Shown here: piece by piece, positions 9,277-18,941 of the stretch | Layout of the letters: each line of letters begins with the position of its first letter | How positions within the stretch are numbered: the stretch's first letter is position 1 | Assembly: GCA_050305555.1 (NCBI GenBank) | Contig: JBNLFN010000052.1 | Location: 15,207-79,206, forward strand | Direction of reading: 5' to 3' | Source: Desulfobacteraceae bacterium | GTDB lineage: Bacteria > Desulfobacterota > Desulfobacteria > Desulfobacterales > Desulfosarcinaceae | Length of the DNA stretch: 64,000 bases | Made by a program: the position numbers and the translations under genes | The notes under the pieces: model-generated | Databases searched by the model: none | What the model saw: only the letters and a program-made list of their open reading frames with translations | Told to the model about the DNA's origin: nothing

Positions 9277-11514
9277 TTACCCCCGGTGGGAAATCATGAT
9301 AGTGGGGCAGGACGTCTGCTGAAGTATCTCAAAGGCGATCGGTCCGAAAAGCTTGCGATGGCGTCCGAGCCTCTGCAGGCCAAGCACAAGGAGATCCGCC
9401 TGATCGGCCAGGCCGGCAACCGCTGGAACAATCCGCGATGTACGCTCAAGGCGAATTATCGCTGATGCATGAACCTCATCGCGTGCCAGGTTCTCAAGTT
9501 CGCGCCGCTCACGTTCGACTTCTTCATCAGAAAACTGTTCAGGCAGGAGTCGGAGAAAAGTAATCTCACGCGGCAAGAGGTGGTTTCGAAAGAGACTCGA
9601 CAGGAGCCTGGAGCGTAATTCATCATGGGACCCCTTGCCGGCGACCGGAACGAGAATGCGTTTAACGGTATGCATGGTCCAGCCTGGCGGTGCTCGCAGG
9701 ATAACGATATCCGAGTCGAGTCTGCTGAGAAGCCGCTCCAGGTTGCCCCCGTGAATTTTTTCGGTAACCTTTGAAAAACCCAAAAGCACGGATGCACAAC
9801 GGTAGTCTCGGGCCACGCGGCAGATTTCCGAAAAAGGATCCTGGGCAATCGTCGTCAACGCTTCAGGTGCCAGACCTTGGCTGAAAGAAGCACTCAGCGA
9901 TTCTTTCAGGACCGATTGCGCATCAATGAGCTGTTGCGGCACTTTACCAGGGACCCATTTGTCAGGTGCTATGACAACTGACAGGAGTAGCACATGGCCG
10001 ATTCCGTTCGGCGACAGGGCGGTCGCCAGGGCGACAAGGCCCTCAGCGCTCGCTGGGTTGGCAATGGGAACCAGGATAAGGGGTGCTCGACCGCGCATCA
10101 TGAGCAGCTTGGGATCGCGGCCTTCGGCAGCAGCATCGACGATTCTGGCATGCCGGGCAAAGCGAATGAGAAAAAGCGCAGCGCCTGAAATCAGCCAAAC
10201 ACCGGTTATGAGACCCGCGGATGGGACGTTGACCCCTTGAAATAGGGCCAAGGCCAGGCAGGCGACCCCGCCGACCAGCGGGACTAGAGGGAAAAGGGGC
10301 GCTCGAAATCCTCTGATAAGGTCACCGGATCTGGATCGGGCGAGATAGCCGATCACATGAACCAGGGCGAAGGTAACCAGGAAAATAAGGCTGGAAGCAG
10401 CACCCGCGGCGGCGAGGTTCGGTATGACCATAAGGATGGCAATGACAATCGCGCTGGTGACAAGAATCGCACTGACCGGTGTCGAAAATCGATAGCTGAC
10501 TTTTTCGAGAGGGCGAAAGAGCGTTCGGTCTTTCGCCATGGTTTGGGCCACGCGTGACGCTGCAAAGAGGTTCGCCTGGAGGGCGGAGAGCATCGACAGA
10601 AGGCCGGCCGCCATAACCAGCCAATACCCAGGTGCGCCCAGGTAGCGTCCTGCGGCCCGCGCGATGATGGTATCCGGATTTGCTGCGGCCATGTGCATGA
10701 TCGATTCTCCGGATCCTGTGCCCGCAGCGGTAACCACGATCAAGAGCGGAAGGTAAATAACCAGTGCGATGGTGAGCGACCAAAGCATTGCCCGGGGAAT
10801 GGTGCGCCGGGGCTCCTTGATTTCTCCGGCAACTGCGGCAATGAGGTCAAAGCCTTGCAGCGCAATGAAGGTATACCCCATCGCCGAGAAAAGGCCATGG
10901 AATCCCATGGGAAGAAAAGGGGTGAATTTTTTCGCAGAAATTGTGACACTCACCGAGCTTATGGCCACGAAACCGCCGATGATCAGAACGGTGAAAACGA
11001 CAACTTTCCCGATATTGACCCATTGTCCACCACCTCCGTTGGAGCGGATTAAACCCAACACATAAAGGCAACATGCGGCAATTGCCAGGACGTTTTGCGT
11101 GCCGGAAGCAGTCAGCCAGGATGGAGGTGGACCCCACAAGCTGGAATAGAGCGTACCTGCAGCCGCACAGAAAAAAGAGCCGAATCCCAGCGCATAGAGA
11201 ACTGCTGCGACGATGGAGGCAAACCAGACCACCCAGCCGACGGCAAATGCAGTTCCCACGGACAGGACCTTTTTTGCGAAAGTGTAGGTGCCGCCCGATT
11301 GGGGGAATAGCACGGAAAGTTCGGCAAAACTCAACGCCGTTAAGACCGCGATGACTCCGTTCAAGGCGAATGCCGCCAAAGCACCCGGACCGGTCGTGGT
11401 AAAGGCCACACCGGCCAGGGCAAGGATGCCCCCGCCTACGATGGCGCCAACACCGACGCCGATGGCGCCAAAAAGGCCGATGGTGCGCTTCGAGCTTGTG
11501 TGGTGGCCAGACAT
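9277..11514 (-). CDS. APC-family amino acid/polyamine permease fused to tandem universal-stress-protein domains
   Basis: N-terminal GLFGAIGVGVGAIVGGGILALAG and about 12 TM segments; the C-terminal ~280 aa have two USP-like repeats (ILVPI.., ILVPVAGKGSHD..). Confidence 0.8.
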   Translation of the reverse strand: MSGHHTSSKRTIGLFGAIGVGVGAIVGGGILALAGVAFTTTGPGALAAFALNGVIAVLTALSFAELSVLFPQSGGTYTFAKKVLSVGTAFAVGWVVWFASIVAAVLYALGFGSFFCAAAGTLYSSLWGPPPSWLTASGTQNVLAIAACCLYVLGLIRSNGGGGQWVNIGKVVVFTVLIIGGFVAISSVSVTISAKKFTPFLPMGFHGLFSAMGYTFIALQGFDLIAAVAGEIKEPRRTIPRAMLWSLTIALVIYLPLLIVVTAAGTGSGESIMHMAAANPDTIIARAAGRYLGAPGYWLVMAAGLLSMLSALQANLFAASRVAQTMAKDRTLFRPLEKVSYRFSTPVSAILVTSAIVIAILMVIPNLAAAGAASSLIFLVTFALVHVIGYLARSRSGDLIRGFRAPLFPLVPLVGGVACLALALFQGVNVPSAGLITGVWLISGAALFLIRFARHARIVDAAAEGRDPKLLMMRGRAPLILVPIANPASAEGLVALATALSPNGIGHVLLLSVVIAPDKWVPGKVPQQLIDAQSVLKESLSASFSQGLAPEALTTIAQDPFSEICRVARDYRCASVLLGFSKVTEKIHGGNLERLLSRLDSDIVILRAPPGWTMHTVKRILVPVAGKGSHDELRSRLLSSLFRNHLLPREITFLRLLPEQFSDEEVERERRELENLARDEVHASAIIRLERTSRIVPAVAGLADQADLLVLGLQRLGRHRKLFGPIAFEILQQTSCPTIMISHRG

Positions 11515-11864
11515 TGATCAGTTTTTAGACCTGTTGGGGATCCATTCGTCCATGAAAATTTAGCACGATTCTGACTCAAATGAAACCATGCGTCGTGATG
11601 ACCTGGGACGCAAGGTTTGGCCCGGTTTGACGAATGGGAAAAAATCCCCCAAAAAATATATTAATAAATATTGCAATAAGTTAAACACATGAAAGATTCT
11701 TACGGGGACATTATTCCCCAAATTTTATAAAGTGACAATGTTGTAGCAAACTCTATTTTCGGAAGTATATCGTGCGGATAAAAAAGAATCCAGCAATGGC
11801 TTGCTCCCCGCGGTGGCCCAAGCCTCGGTCACGACAACCTGCATATTTGGCACAAGAGGCATAA

Positions 11865-12255
11865 ATGGAACAACCTGCGAACTTTCAAATCGATCATCAC
11901 CTGACCAAGCGAATTTTGGTTTTCGGCAGCGGCAACCCGCTTTTCGGCGATGACGGATTTGGCGAGCGGGTTATCGAGCAAGAGATCCGTGAAGGCACGA
12001 GGACACAACAGGGTCGCGGCTACCCAAGGTGCCGGACAATCTCTGGGAGATTACGATACAGGTGCCTTGTTGGGAGCATATCGCAATGACACGCCTATTG
12101 CCGTTATCAACGTTTATCCATCGGACGGTTATTGGGGCGGTGACTTCATTCAGATGACGGAAAATGCGATGAACTGGTGTGCCCCTGCAACTTCCGGCCC
12201 CTCATTTGGCGGTGGCGGCGGTGGGTGCTTTATTTCCGATATCGTTTTTGATTAA
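11865..12255 (+). pseudogene. degenerate locus: hydrogenase-maturation-protease-like N-terminus, then an out-of-frame ORF ending GGGGGGCFISDIVFD
   Basis: KRILVFGSGNPLFGDDGFGERVIE resembles the GNxxxxDDGxG N-terminus of HybD/HoxM proteases, but the frame dies after ~50 aa. The second ORF (11950..12255) ends in a Gly-run+CFI motif like a truncated C-terminal sorting box. Weak call. Confidence 0.25.
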
Positions 12256-12281
12256 AACCATACCATTGTGACCCATACATA

Positions 12282-12309
12282 CGGGACCGGTGCATCGGTC
12301 CCGGATTTT
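12282..12309 (+). terminator. hairpin + T-rich tail downstream of the 11950..12255 ORF
   Basis: CGGGACCG-gtgcat-CGGTCCCG (8-bp stem) followed by GATTTTC. Confidence 0.4.
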
Positions 12310-12505
12310 CAGGATGAGGACGCAGAAAACCTGCCTTGGCGCCAACTCCGAGGAAAAAGTCAAAACCATCATCTACCGCGCTGGTTTTACCCGGAACACG
12401 GGTGATACCTACTATAAATAGCTGCATATCGATGATGAACCGTACCTGGCATGAACCAATGGGGTAATATGAAGTCGGCCACTGCTTGTTCCGTTGGTGC
12501 GTCGA

Positions 12506-14329
12506 TCAATAATAATACCAAATGCTGCGATAATTGGAAGTCTCTTCGCCGGCAGCTTTGAGACGTTTAAGATAATTATAGATGGGTACATCACGATAGA
12601 TATAGGTATCCACGAGGGCTAATTTTTCTTCCCAGGGATGGAATTCGTAGACCCGGCTGCCGTCCGCTAGAAATGAGATGACATCGTGATGCTGTCGCGC
12701 TTTCAGATAATTTTTACCCAATCCGGGAACATTGAAAACGATCTCATCGGTACGCACCGTACCCGGCAACAGGCGCGCCTCTTCGTTTTGCTCTTGCAGC
12801 AATCGTGGAATGGGCACACGGTATTCGTCGGTTTCTGCTTTTCCCTTGGTATTGAAGGTGTAGTAGGGTGTTACGCCGATCAGACGCAGTTTTTGCCTTA
12901 GAAGGGTTGCTTCGAAACGACGGGAATTAAAAAAAGTATAGACCAGCTGGTTGTAGACTTCCATACCGTGGCGACGGAACTTTTGGACGGCCTGCATGGA
13001 TTGCGGTGTGATTTCATAGGGGTGTTCAAAATGAGTGACGATGATAACTTCCCGTCGCCCGGGTACGTGGAAGCGGCTGATGCCATGCACCAATTGCTCA
13101 GTAATGCGGGCGGGTAAGGTGACCGGTGTTCGGGTGCCGATCCGGATGCGCTGGATGTTTGGGTTGGCCGCGACTTTGGAGATAATGCGCTCCAGACGTT
13201 TGTTTGAAAGCAGGAGCGGATCGCCGCCGGTGATCAATACTTCCTTGATCTCGGGCGTATTTTCAATCCATTGGATCGCATTTTCCAATTTTTCTTTGGA
13301 CAGCACCGCCTGGGTTGAGTAGACATCTTCGATTTCCCAGTTGCGTTGGCAATAGACGCAAATCTGAGGGCAAGTCATGACCGGCTTAAGGATGACAATG
13401 TCGGGGTAGCGCCGGGTGATACCTTCAATGGGCGATGTCTCCATTTCCAACATGAAATCCATGGTGTGGTTGTCATCGTTTCGGTGTTCGGCCAGTTTTT
13501 CCACATAGTGTAAGCTGGGCAATACCTGGGCGCGCACGGCCTTGTCGCGTTGCCCTCCGGCATCATAGTCCATCAGTGAAAGGTAGTAGGGGGTAATGCC
13601 GAAGGGAATTTTAGATTCGCGCGCCATCTTGACGCCTTGATACTCTGCGTCGGTCAACTTGACCATTTGTTTCAAGTTGTCGGCATCGCGAATAATATTG
13701 CGGGTTTGCCAGCGCCAATTGTACCAATCGTTTTCAGTGGCGCCAAAATAGCGTAGAATCCGCATTCTGTTACGGTTTCGTCGACGAACGGCATCATGGT
13801 CCAGGCCGCAGGCATAGCGCCGGGTGAGTGCTTCAGACTTTCGCGCCATCCGGGACAAGTCGGTCGAACGCATGCGAGCTGCCTTGCGGCCTTTATGTTT
13901 ATGGTAGGCTGGTACCTTGTCATCATAGATCCCCGTTTTTCCGACCACCCCTTTGATAAAATGCTCCAACTCGGCAAAAAAACCCGGTTTGGGCCTTTCC
14001 AGATGCTCATAGCTCTCTTTGGTCAGCAGATCGTTTATATATTTAAGGACACTAAAGCCGGCCATGTTTTCACTGCGCCTGGAGAGAATTTTAAGAAAAA
14101 TGGTGATGGCGTCACGGGCCAAAATATATTCTAGGGGGTGCATGCCCGGATTGCCCTTGTAAGTTGCTGCCAGCATGTCGGAGAGCCACCAGTTGATCTG
14201 GTTACGCTTGGCTTGATAATCCATATCGCTCAACATAATTCGTTCAAGATCAGGTGATATGCTTAAAATGTTGATTAAACGTTTTCTGATTTGTTGTCGG
14301 GTCGTCATTGTTATCGCTACACTCCACAA
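12506..14329 (-). CDS. KamA-family radical SAM aminomutase-like protein, long form
   Basis: CPQICVYCQRNWE (CxxxCxxC), LITGGDPLLL, and a lysine-2,3-aminomutase-like core in the C-terminal ~320 aa, preceded by a ~290-aa extension. Alternative start at 14308. Confidence 0.8.
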   Translation of the reverse strand: MWSVAITMTTRQQIRKRLINILSISPDLERIMLSDMDYQAKRNQINWWLSDMLAATYKGNPGMHPLEYILARDAITIFLKILSRRSENMAGFSVLKYINDLLTKESYEHLERPKPGFFAELEHFIKGVVGKTGIYDDKVPAYHKHKGRKAARMRSTDLSRMARKSEALTRRYACGLDHDAVRRRNRNRMRILRYFGATENDWYNWRWQTRNIIRDADNLKQMVKLTDAEYQGVKMARESKIPFGITPYYLSLMDYDAGGQRDKAVRAQVLPSLHYVEKLAEHRNDDNHTMDFMLEMETSPIEGITRRYPDIVILKPVMTCPQICVYCQRNWEIEDVYSTQAVLSKEKLENAIQWIENTPEIKEVLITGGDPLLLSNKRLERIISKVAANPNIQRIRIGTRTPVTLPARITEQLVHGISRFHVPGRREVIIVTHFEHPYEITPQSMQAVQKFRRHGMEVYNQLVYTFFNSRRFEATLLRQKLRLIGVTPYYTFNTKGKAETDEYRVPIPRLLQEQNEEARLLPGTVRTDEIVFNVPGLGKNYLKARQHHDVISFLADGSRVYEFHPWEEKLALVDTYIYRDVPIYNYLKRLKAAGEETSNYRSIWYYY

Positions 14330-14775
14330 TCTGAAATATAGGTTTCAGCTTCCCACCCCCATCTGGAGGCGGTTTCGATCTGGTTTTGCCGATCCGGTGT
14401 AAATCAATATAGGTAAAAACGGGATTGATGGAAGGAATTACCTATGCAGCACTTATCAAATATACCGTAAATAAGTTAGGAATGCAAATAAGGTGAATAT
14501 TACAGAAGTGGTTTTGTCATACCGCCAATGGTTTTTAAAAGCCAGCTGCCCATGATTTTGTCTATCCGATCAAAACCAACATGGGGAAAGCTGCCCTTAA
14601 ATAGGTGATCCGGAATCACGGCCAGATTCGTCAGAGGTCATGACATGGAGATATCACAGGCGGCAACGTTAACGCTTGTCTTAGTCCTTTGCTGCTCATG
14701 GAATGCCGTGGCCGATGAGGGAAAAGACGAATAGGGTGCAATCAAACTCGATACAGTTGAAAACTGCCCATAAAC

Positions 14776-14806
14776 AGAGCCCCTGGCCTGCAGGGGCTCT
14801 TTATCA
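14776..14806. terminator. orphan GC-rich hairpin (terminator-like)
   Basis: AGAGCCCCTG-gcctg-CAGGGGCTCT, a perfect 10-bp stem, followed by TTTATC. No annotated gene ends next to it. Confidence 0.35.
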
Positions 14807-14976
14807 TCCTCCCTGCCAATCAATTAACATGATCCATCTCAAATCGGACCAAAATCTGTCCCGGCCGGGCCGTTGCTAATCGTGACGAGGCTGCCGATTA
14901 CGATGGTGCCTGCGCTGAGGCATCATGCCATACGATACGATGTAACAAGCACACCCATCGGTTTTTCCAAAGAAAA

Positions 14977-15093
14977 ATGGCAGAAAGAAATCGCGCCTTG
15001 GCAACCAAGGCTTTGGCCAGCAAGCTGACCAAAGCGGCCTATTTTATGATGCGCGATCAAGTGCCCTTTGATGCTGCAAAACTGTTTAAGTAA
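14977..15093 (+). pseudogene. IS110-family transposase C-terminal remnant
   Basis: MAERNRALATKALASKLTKAAYFMMRDQVPFDAAKLFK* matches the conserved tail of IS110 transposases. No catalytic domain lies upstream. Confidence 0.5.
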
Positions 15094-15565
15094 TTGATTT
15101 GGGTGCACCAGCGAACCGGACTCGGGTCGGGCGAACAACCAGATGGTCTGATTGGCAGCTGTGCGCACCTGCCTTGTGTTCAGGTATTTGACTTGCCCAT
15201 GCCTGCAGCCATAACAGGGTTGGTTTAAACCATCAGATCTGAAAATATCCAATTGGAGTCGTCATGGTACCGACATATTTTTGGGGTTCATTAGAACCAG
15301 GGGTACCACCAGATCAATTGGTGATTGTACCTTGAACCAGATGGGTGACTGATGCAGGTCCATGACCTGCTATCCATTGTATAAAAATTGCGGGCGCAAA
15401 TCAGGATCGGAGCAAGGGGTGTTCACTTGGCCCAAAGATCGAGAGTCAACGAAGGAAAAATGAGTGTTTTCCTTATGGAGAAGTGTTTCCTTAGTTGACA
15501 AACCCGTTAATGGGCGACCCCAAGCATAGAATAGACCTTTCCCAACAATGACAGGCGGGTCCTGC

Positions 15566-16603
15566 TCAATTTTCATCTTTATCATATGCTTTTTTGCAGT
15601 TCGGACAAATACCGTGGCTGAACATCGCCTCCGAATGCTCAGATATATATTGTTCGATTATCTGCCAGTTGTCGTTATCATCTCTGATTTTTTTGCAGTA
15701 CATGCAGATTGGGAGGATCCCTTCCAGCTGTTTTATTCTGGCCAACGTTGCCTCAAGCTCTGCGACATGCTTGTCCAACTCTTTCTGCATGATTTCCAAC
15801 TGCTCATTTTTTAACTTCTCGGATACCAGCTCCCGCAGATTTTCGATCATGATCTTCATTACCCAAAGAATACTTCCTTTTTTGTCATCACCCACCATTA
15901 CGGCCAAAGAGAGGTCGCCATCAGCTACTGTTTGAGCGATTTCACGGACATAGTCCGGTTCACCGCCCAGGTCTCGTAACAAATGTCTAATGACCTGAAG
16001 CGATAGCACCCCTGACAAAAACGAACCAGCAATAACCAGGCTGATTGCAAGCAATAGGCCTTTTTGGTATGAATCGTAGCTCTTCTGGTATTCCTGTTTT
16101 GCAACAACCAGTTGAATGGCAACCAGCTCAGACAACTTCCTTGTAAGCGGGTCGATGGCAGGATAAAGCTCCGTGGCATTAAACCGCGCAAGCGCTACCC
16201 TGTCTTGCTTAAGAAGAATGTCTTTCAGCTTGTCGACTGCTGTATCAGCCTTTTTCATGAGCGGCGTAATCTCGGACACCTGAGTCTTTTCATCAGACAC
16301 GAGATAGGTAGATAGATAGGCCTTCCATTTATTTAAGATCTTTGGCTGTGCGTTAACAACGAGTTTTCGAGCATCTTCCAGATCGATAGCGCCGGCAAGA
16401 GCCTTATGCGACGTATCGACAATGTTCACCGCATACATATCAGATACTACCTTGAGCTGCTCAAGCGGCACAACCCTGTCTTTGTATACAGTATCGAGCC
16501 CATCATTGCTTATTTTGGCAACATACAACCCCATGCAGCCTACAGAAATCGCCACAAACTCCATCAGTATAAACACAGAAAAAAGCTTGGTTCCGATTTT
16601 CAC
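15566..16603 (-). CDS. membrane sensor: periplasmic 4-helix-bundle (MCP-N-like) domain, HAMP, coiled coil, C-terminal Cys/His module
   Basis: TM1, a ~170-aa helical periplasmic domain, TM2, HAMP (IRHLLRDLGGEP...IAQTVADGDLS) and a coiled coil. It ends LPICMYCKKIRDDNDNWQIIEQYISEHSEAMFSHGICPNCKKAY. No kinase, MCP signalling or cyclase domain. Confidence 0.75.
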   Translation of the reverse strand: MKIGTKLFSVFILMEFVAISVGCMGLYVAKISNDGLDTVYKDRVVPLEQLKVVSDMYAVNIVDTSHKALAGAIDLEDARKLVVNAQPKILNKWKAYLSTYLVSDEKTQVSEITPLMKKADTAVDKLKDILLKQDRVALARFNATELYPAIDPLTRKLSELVAIQLVVAKQEYQKSYDSYQKGLLLAISLVIAGSFLSGVLSLQVIRHLLRDLGGEPDYVREIAQTVADGDLSLAVMVGDDKKGSILWVMKIMIENLRELVSEKLKNEQLEIMQKELDKHVAELEATLARIKQLEGILPICMYCKKIRDDNDNWQIIEQYISEHSEAMFSHGICPNCKKAYDKDEN

Positions 16604-16796
16604 TGTGCCACCTCGCTTTATCCATTCAAAGTTGTGTCAATCTATCTCTCAATTTGTATCATGAAAGTTGCTAAAACGCATTGTCATTATTTCGTAAAGC
16701 CAACGCCCAGGAGGGGCCAACATAGGCTTCAGGGCACGCGGCGGGCAATCAGCGGTCCCACTGAAAGCCAGAGCACTATAGGGAACTTCCATTGCA

Positions 16797-17228
16797 TTAT
16801 TGATTGACCTGGTCCAATATCCTTAACCCTTCATCATTTGCTATTTTCCTACCCCGCATGGCGGCCTGGCTTATGGTCGGTTGTGCCATATTCGGCCTTT
16901 TGGCCAATTCAACGGTTGTCATCCCGAACTCCTGCGTGGCCCAATAGCACAATAAACTCCGTGCTCTCACGGATTGTCTATATTTACCGTGCATAAAAAC
17001 ATTTTTCGGCGTAATTTCCAACAGCTTTACCAACCCGTTAAAATCGTATCCCTTGGCACCAAGCGCGCACTTGCGCTCAAGGTTTTCCTGGGTCTTGCGC
17101 AAAACCGCTTCAACAAAATCACCATCACCCAAAATACGTTCATCCCCATTTTGTGCGGGCATTTTTTTTCGCAAGCTTTTAACCGCAGACCAGCCACCGG
17201 CACTGGGTATCAATCCGCCTCCTATCAA
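16797..17228 (-). pseudogene. N-terminally truncated REP-associated (Y1/IS200-like) transposase homologue retaining only the DnaA-C-like HTH part
   Basis: GGGLIPSAGGWSAVKSLRKK...GDERILGDGDFVEAVL...ARSLLCYWATQEFGMTTVELAKR matches the C-terminal half of the Y1-transposase+HTH family. The Y1 domain is absent. Confidence 0.55.
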
Positions 17229-17351
17229 CTCGGGACCTTTTGGGGGACGTTGATGACTACTGTTACCTAAATTATCCTTTTTTTAGGTTGAGTTTCAATA
17301 AGTACAATTAGTGATTCCTGAGAAATAAGTGCCGACTTTTGTAATTCTTTT

Positions 17352-18465
17352 TCAACCAATTGCCAGAGCACGGTTTTCGTTCAAACGCTGACATTGCTCT
17401 TTGAAAATTGCTTCTATGGGCCTCATGTGGTCTAAAATGAAGCAAAAAATCCGCTGTAAGACGTCGCTTGAGCCCTCATATGCTTTGGCCCATTGTTTGA
17501 TGTTGCAGGCAATTGCTTTACACACGACAGCAAAGCTGACTTTGGCGGCACGCCGTACACGCGACTTTCCTATGCCGTGGCTGCGCTTCAGCTCGGACAT
17601 GGTGGCCTCGATGCCTGAACGGATTTTGTAGCGCTTTTTCCACTTATCGGTTTGTTGATCGGCATACATTTGATCACGCAGCCTAAGCTTGGCGGTGATT
17701 TCAAGCCTAAACTGGCCTTTGCTGTTGCGTAGGTCGCACTCGCGTTGGCGGTTGTTGGGACCGCGTACCGGACATTGGCGCAGTTTGCTGCATGCACGGC
17801 AGACTTCACCGTTAAAAATGGCGTGCAAGGCGCTGCCTTTTTTATTGTTGGAATTTCGCATCCGGTGATCTATTGGCTTATGGCCTTGCGGGCATTGTAC
17901 CACAAAACCGTCTTTATCAAATTCAAACAAGCAGTCGATATGGCTCACCGACTGTGACTTGCCGGTCATCTTTAAACAAAACAATCAACTTGTTCAGATA
18001 CTTTGCAAGTTGTTCCAGTTTTACTTTGCGCTGAGCCAAGCCCAGACCGAACCAGCCGTCCGGCTCGCGCTGGTGCCATCTTATAATATTGTCGGCAATG
18101 CGTGAAAAACGCCTGTTATCAAGGCTCTTGATAAAATGGTCAATGGTTTTGGCAAACAGATCCAGCCGGCCTCAGGTGCATATATTCGATACGATGTGGG
18201 TTGAATCAACGCGTTGCTCGCTGGTCGATAGACCCAGCTTTTTTATGGCGGTTTTGCTGATACCATTAAACACCGTGCGCATGGTCGCCATATCCGGATC
18301 TTTGGTTGTCAAGCGTCTGCGAAACTCAACCAAAGAGCGCCGGGACAAATACGCATCATCGCTGACATCTATGGCGCAGCGCCAGCGGACATCAAAATCG
18401 AATGCATCCAGGGCCTGTTGATCGCTCAAGCTGTTTAGCTCCTGGAGCAGGCATAAACCCAGCAT
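17352..18465 (-). mobile_element. IS5/IS1182-superfamily transposase gene with an in-frame TGA and an internal deletion or frameshift
   Basis: The N-terminal piece (LLQELNSLSDQQALDAFDFDVRWR.., ..DSTHIVSNICT) stops at a TGA and continues in frame (GRLDLFAKTIDHF..). The C-terminal piece (17352..17984) has CPQGHKP and RSGIEATMSELKRSHGIGKSRVRR. The DDE core is largely missing. Confidence 0.6.
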
Positions 18466-18941
18466 ACGGGCGACACTGAAATTGGGCCGGCCCGTTTAGC
18501 CGTAAAGCGTGGCAAATTGATCCTCGGATTTGAGCAGGATCGCAAGGATCTCGGATCGGAACAACTGCGCCCAAGAATCTTTCAGCCTTACTTTTAGCGA
18601 GTCGTTCAGCCTAAAGCACCACCCCACTCAGGCCCTAAATATCCCTCCGCGATCCCAAATTCCGCTTCAAACCGTGTTCGCACCCTGCGTTCGGGAGGCG
18701 CACTGATCACATCACAAACCATTGAACACATTCATTTGATATCAGGGTTTTGACAGTGGGATTTGAATGCCGTGGTACGGCGTCCTAACGCCAGTCGAGT
18801 ATGTCTGATCGAAATGGGGCCTTACTCACCGTGCGACTATGAAATTTAGGTTGCATGTAGGCCGCTTTCCCCATTATGTTGGGCAAATACCGAAATTGAG
18901 AGTATCTGAAACATCATTTCCAACCACAAGGAGACAGGGTA

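Noticed and set aside
9271-9465. Remainder of the 134-aa plus-strand ORF 9061..9465
   Set aside because: Only the first ~70 codons resemble a mutase. The rest is antisense to the 3' end of the APC-USP permease gene.
11848-11862. TGGCAC-aagag-GCAT as a sigma-54 promoter
   Set aside because: The GC of the -12 element is 2 nt too close to the GG of the -24 element.
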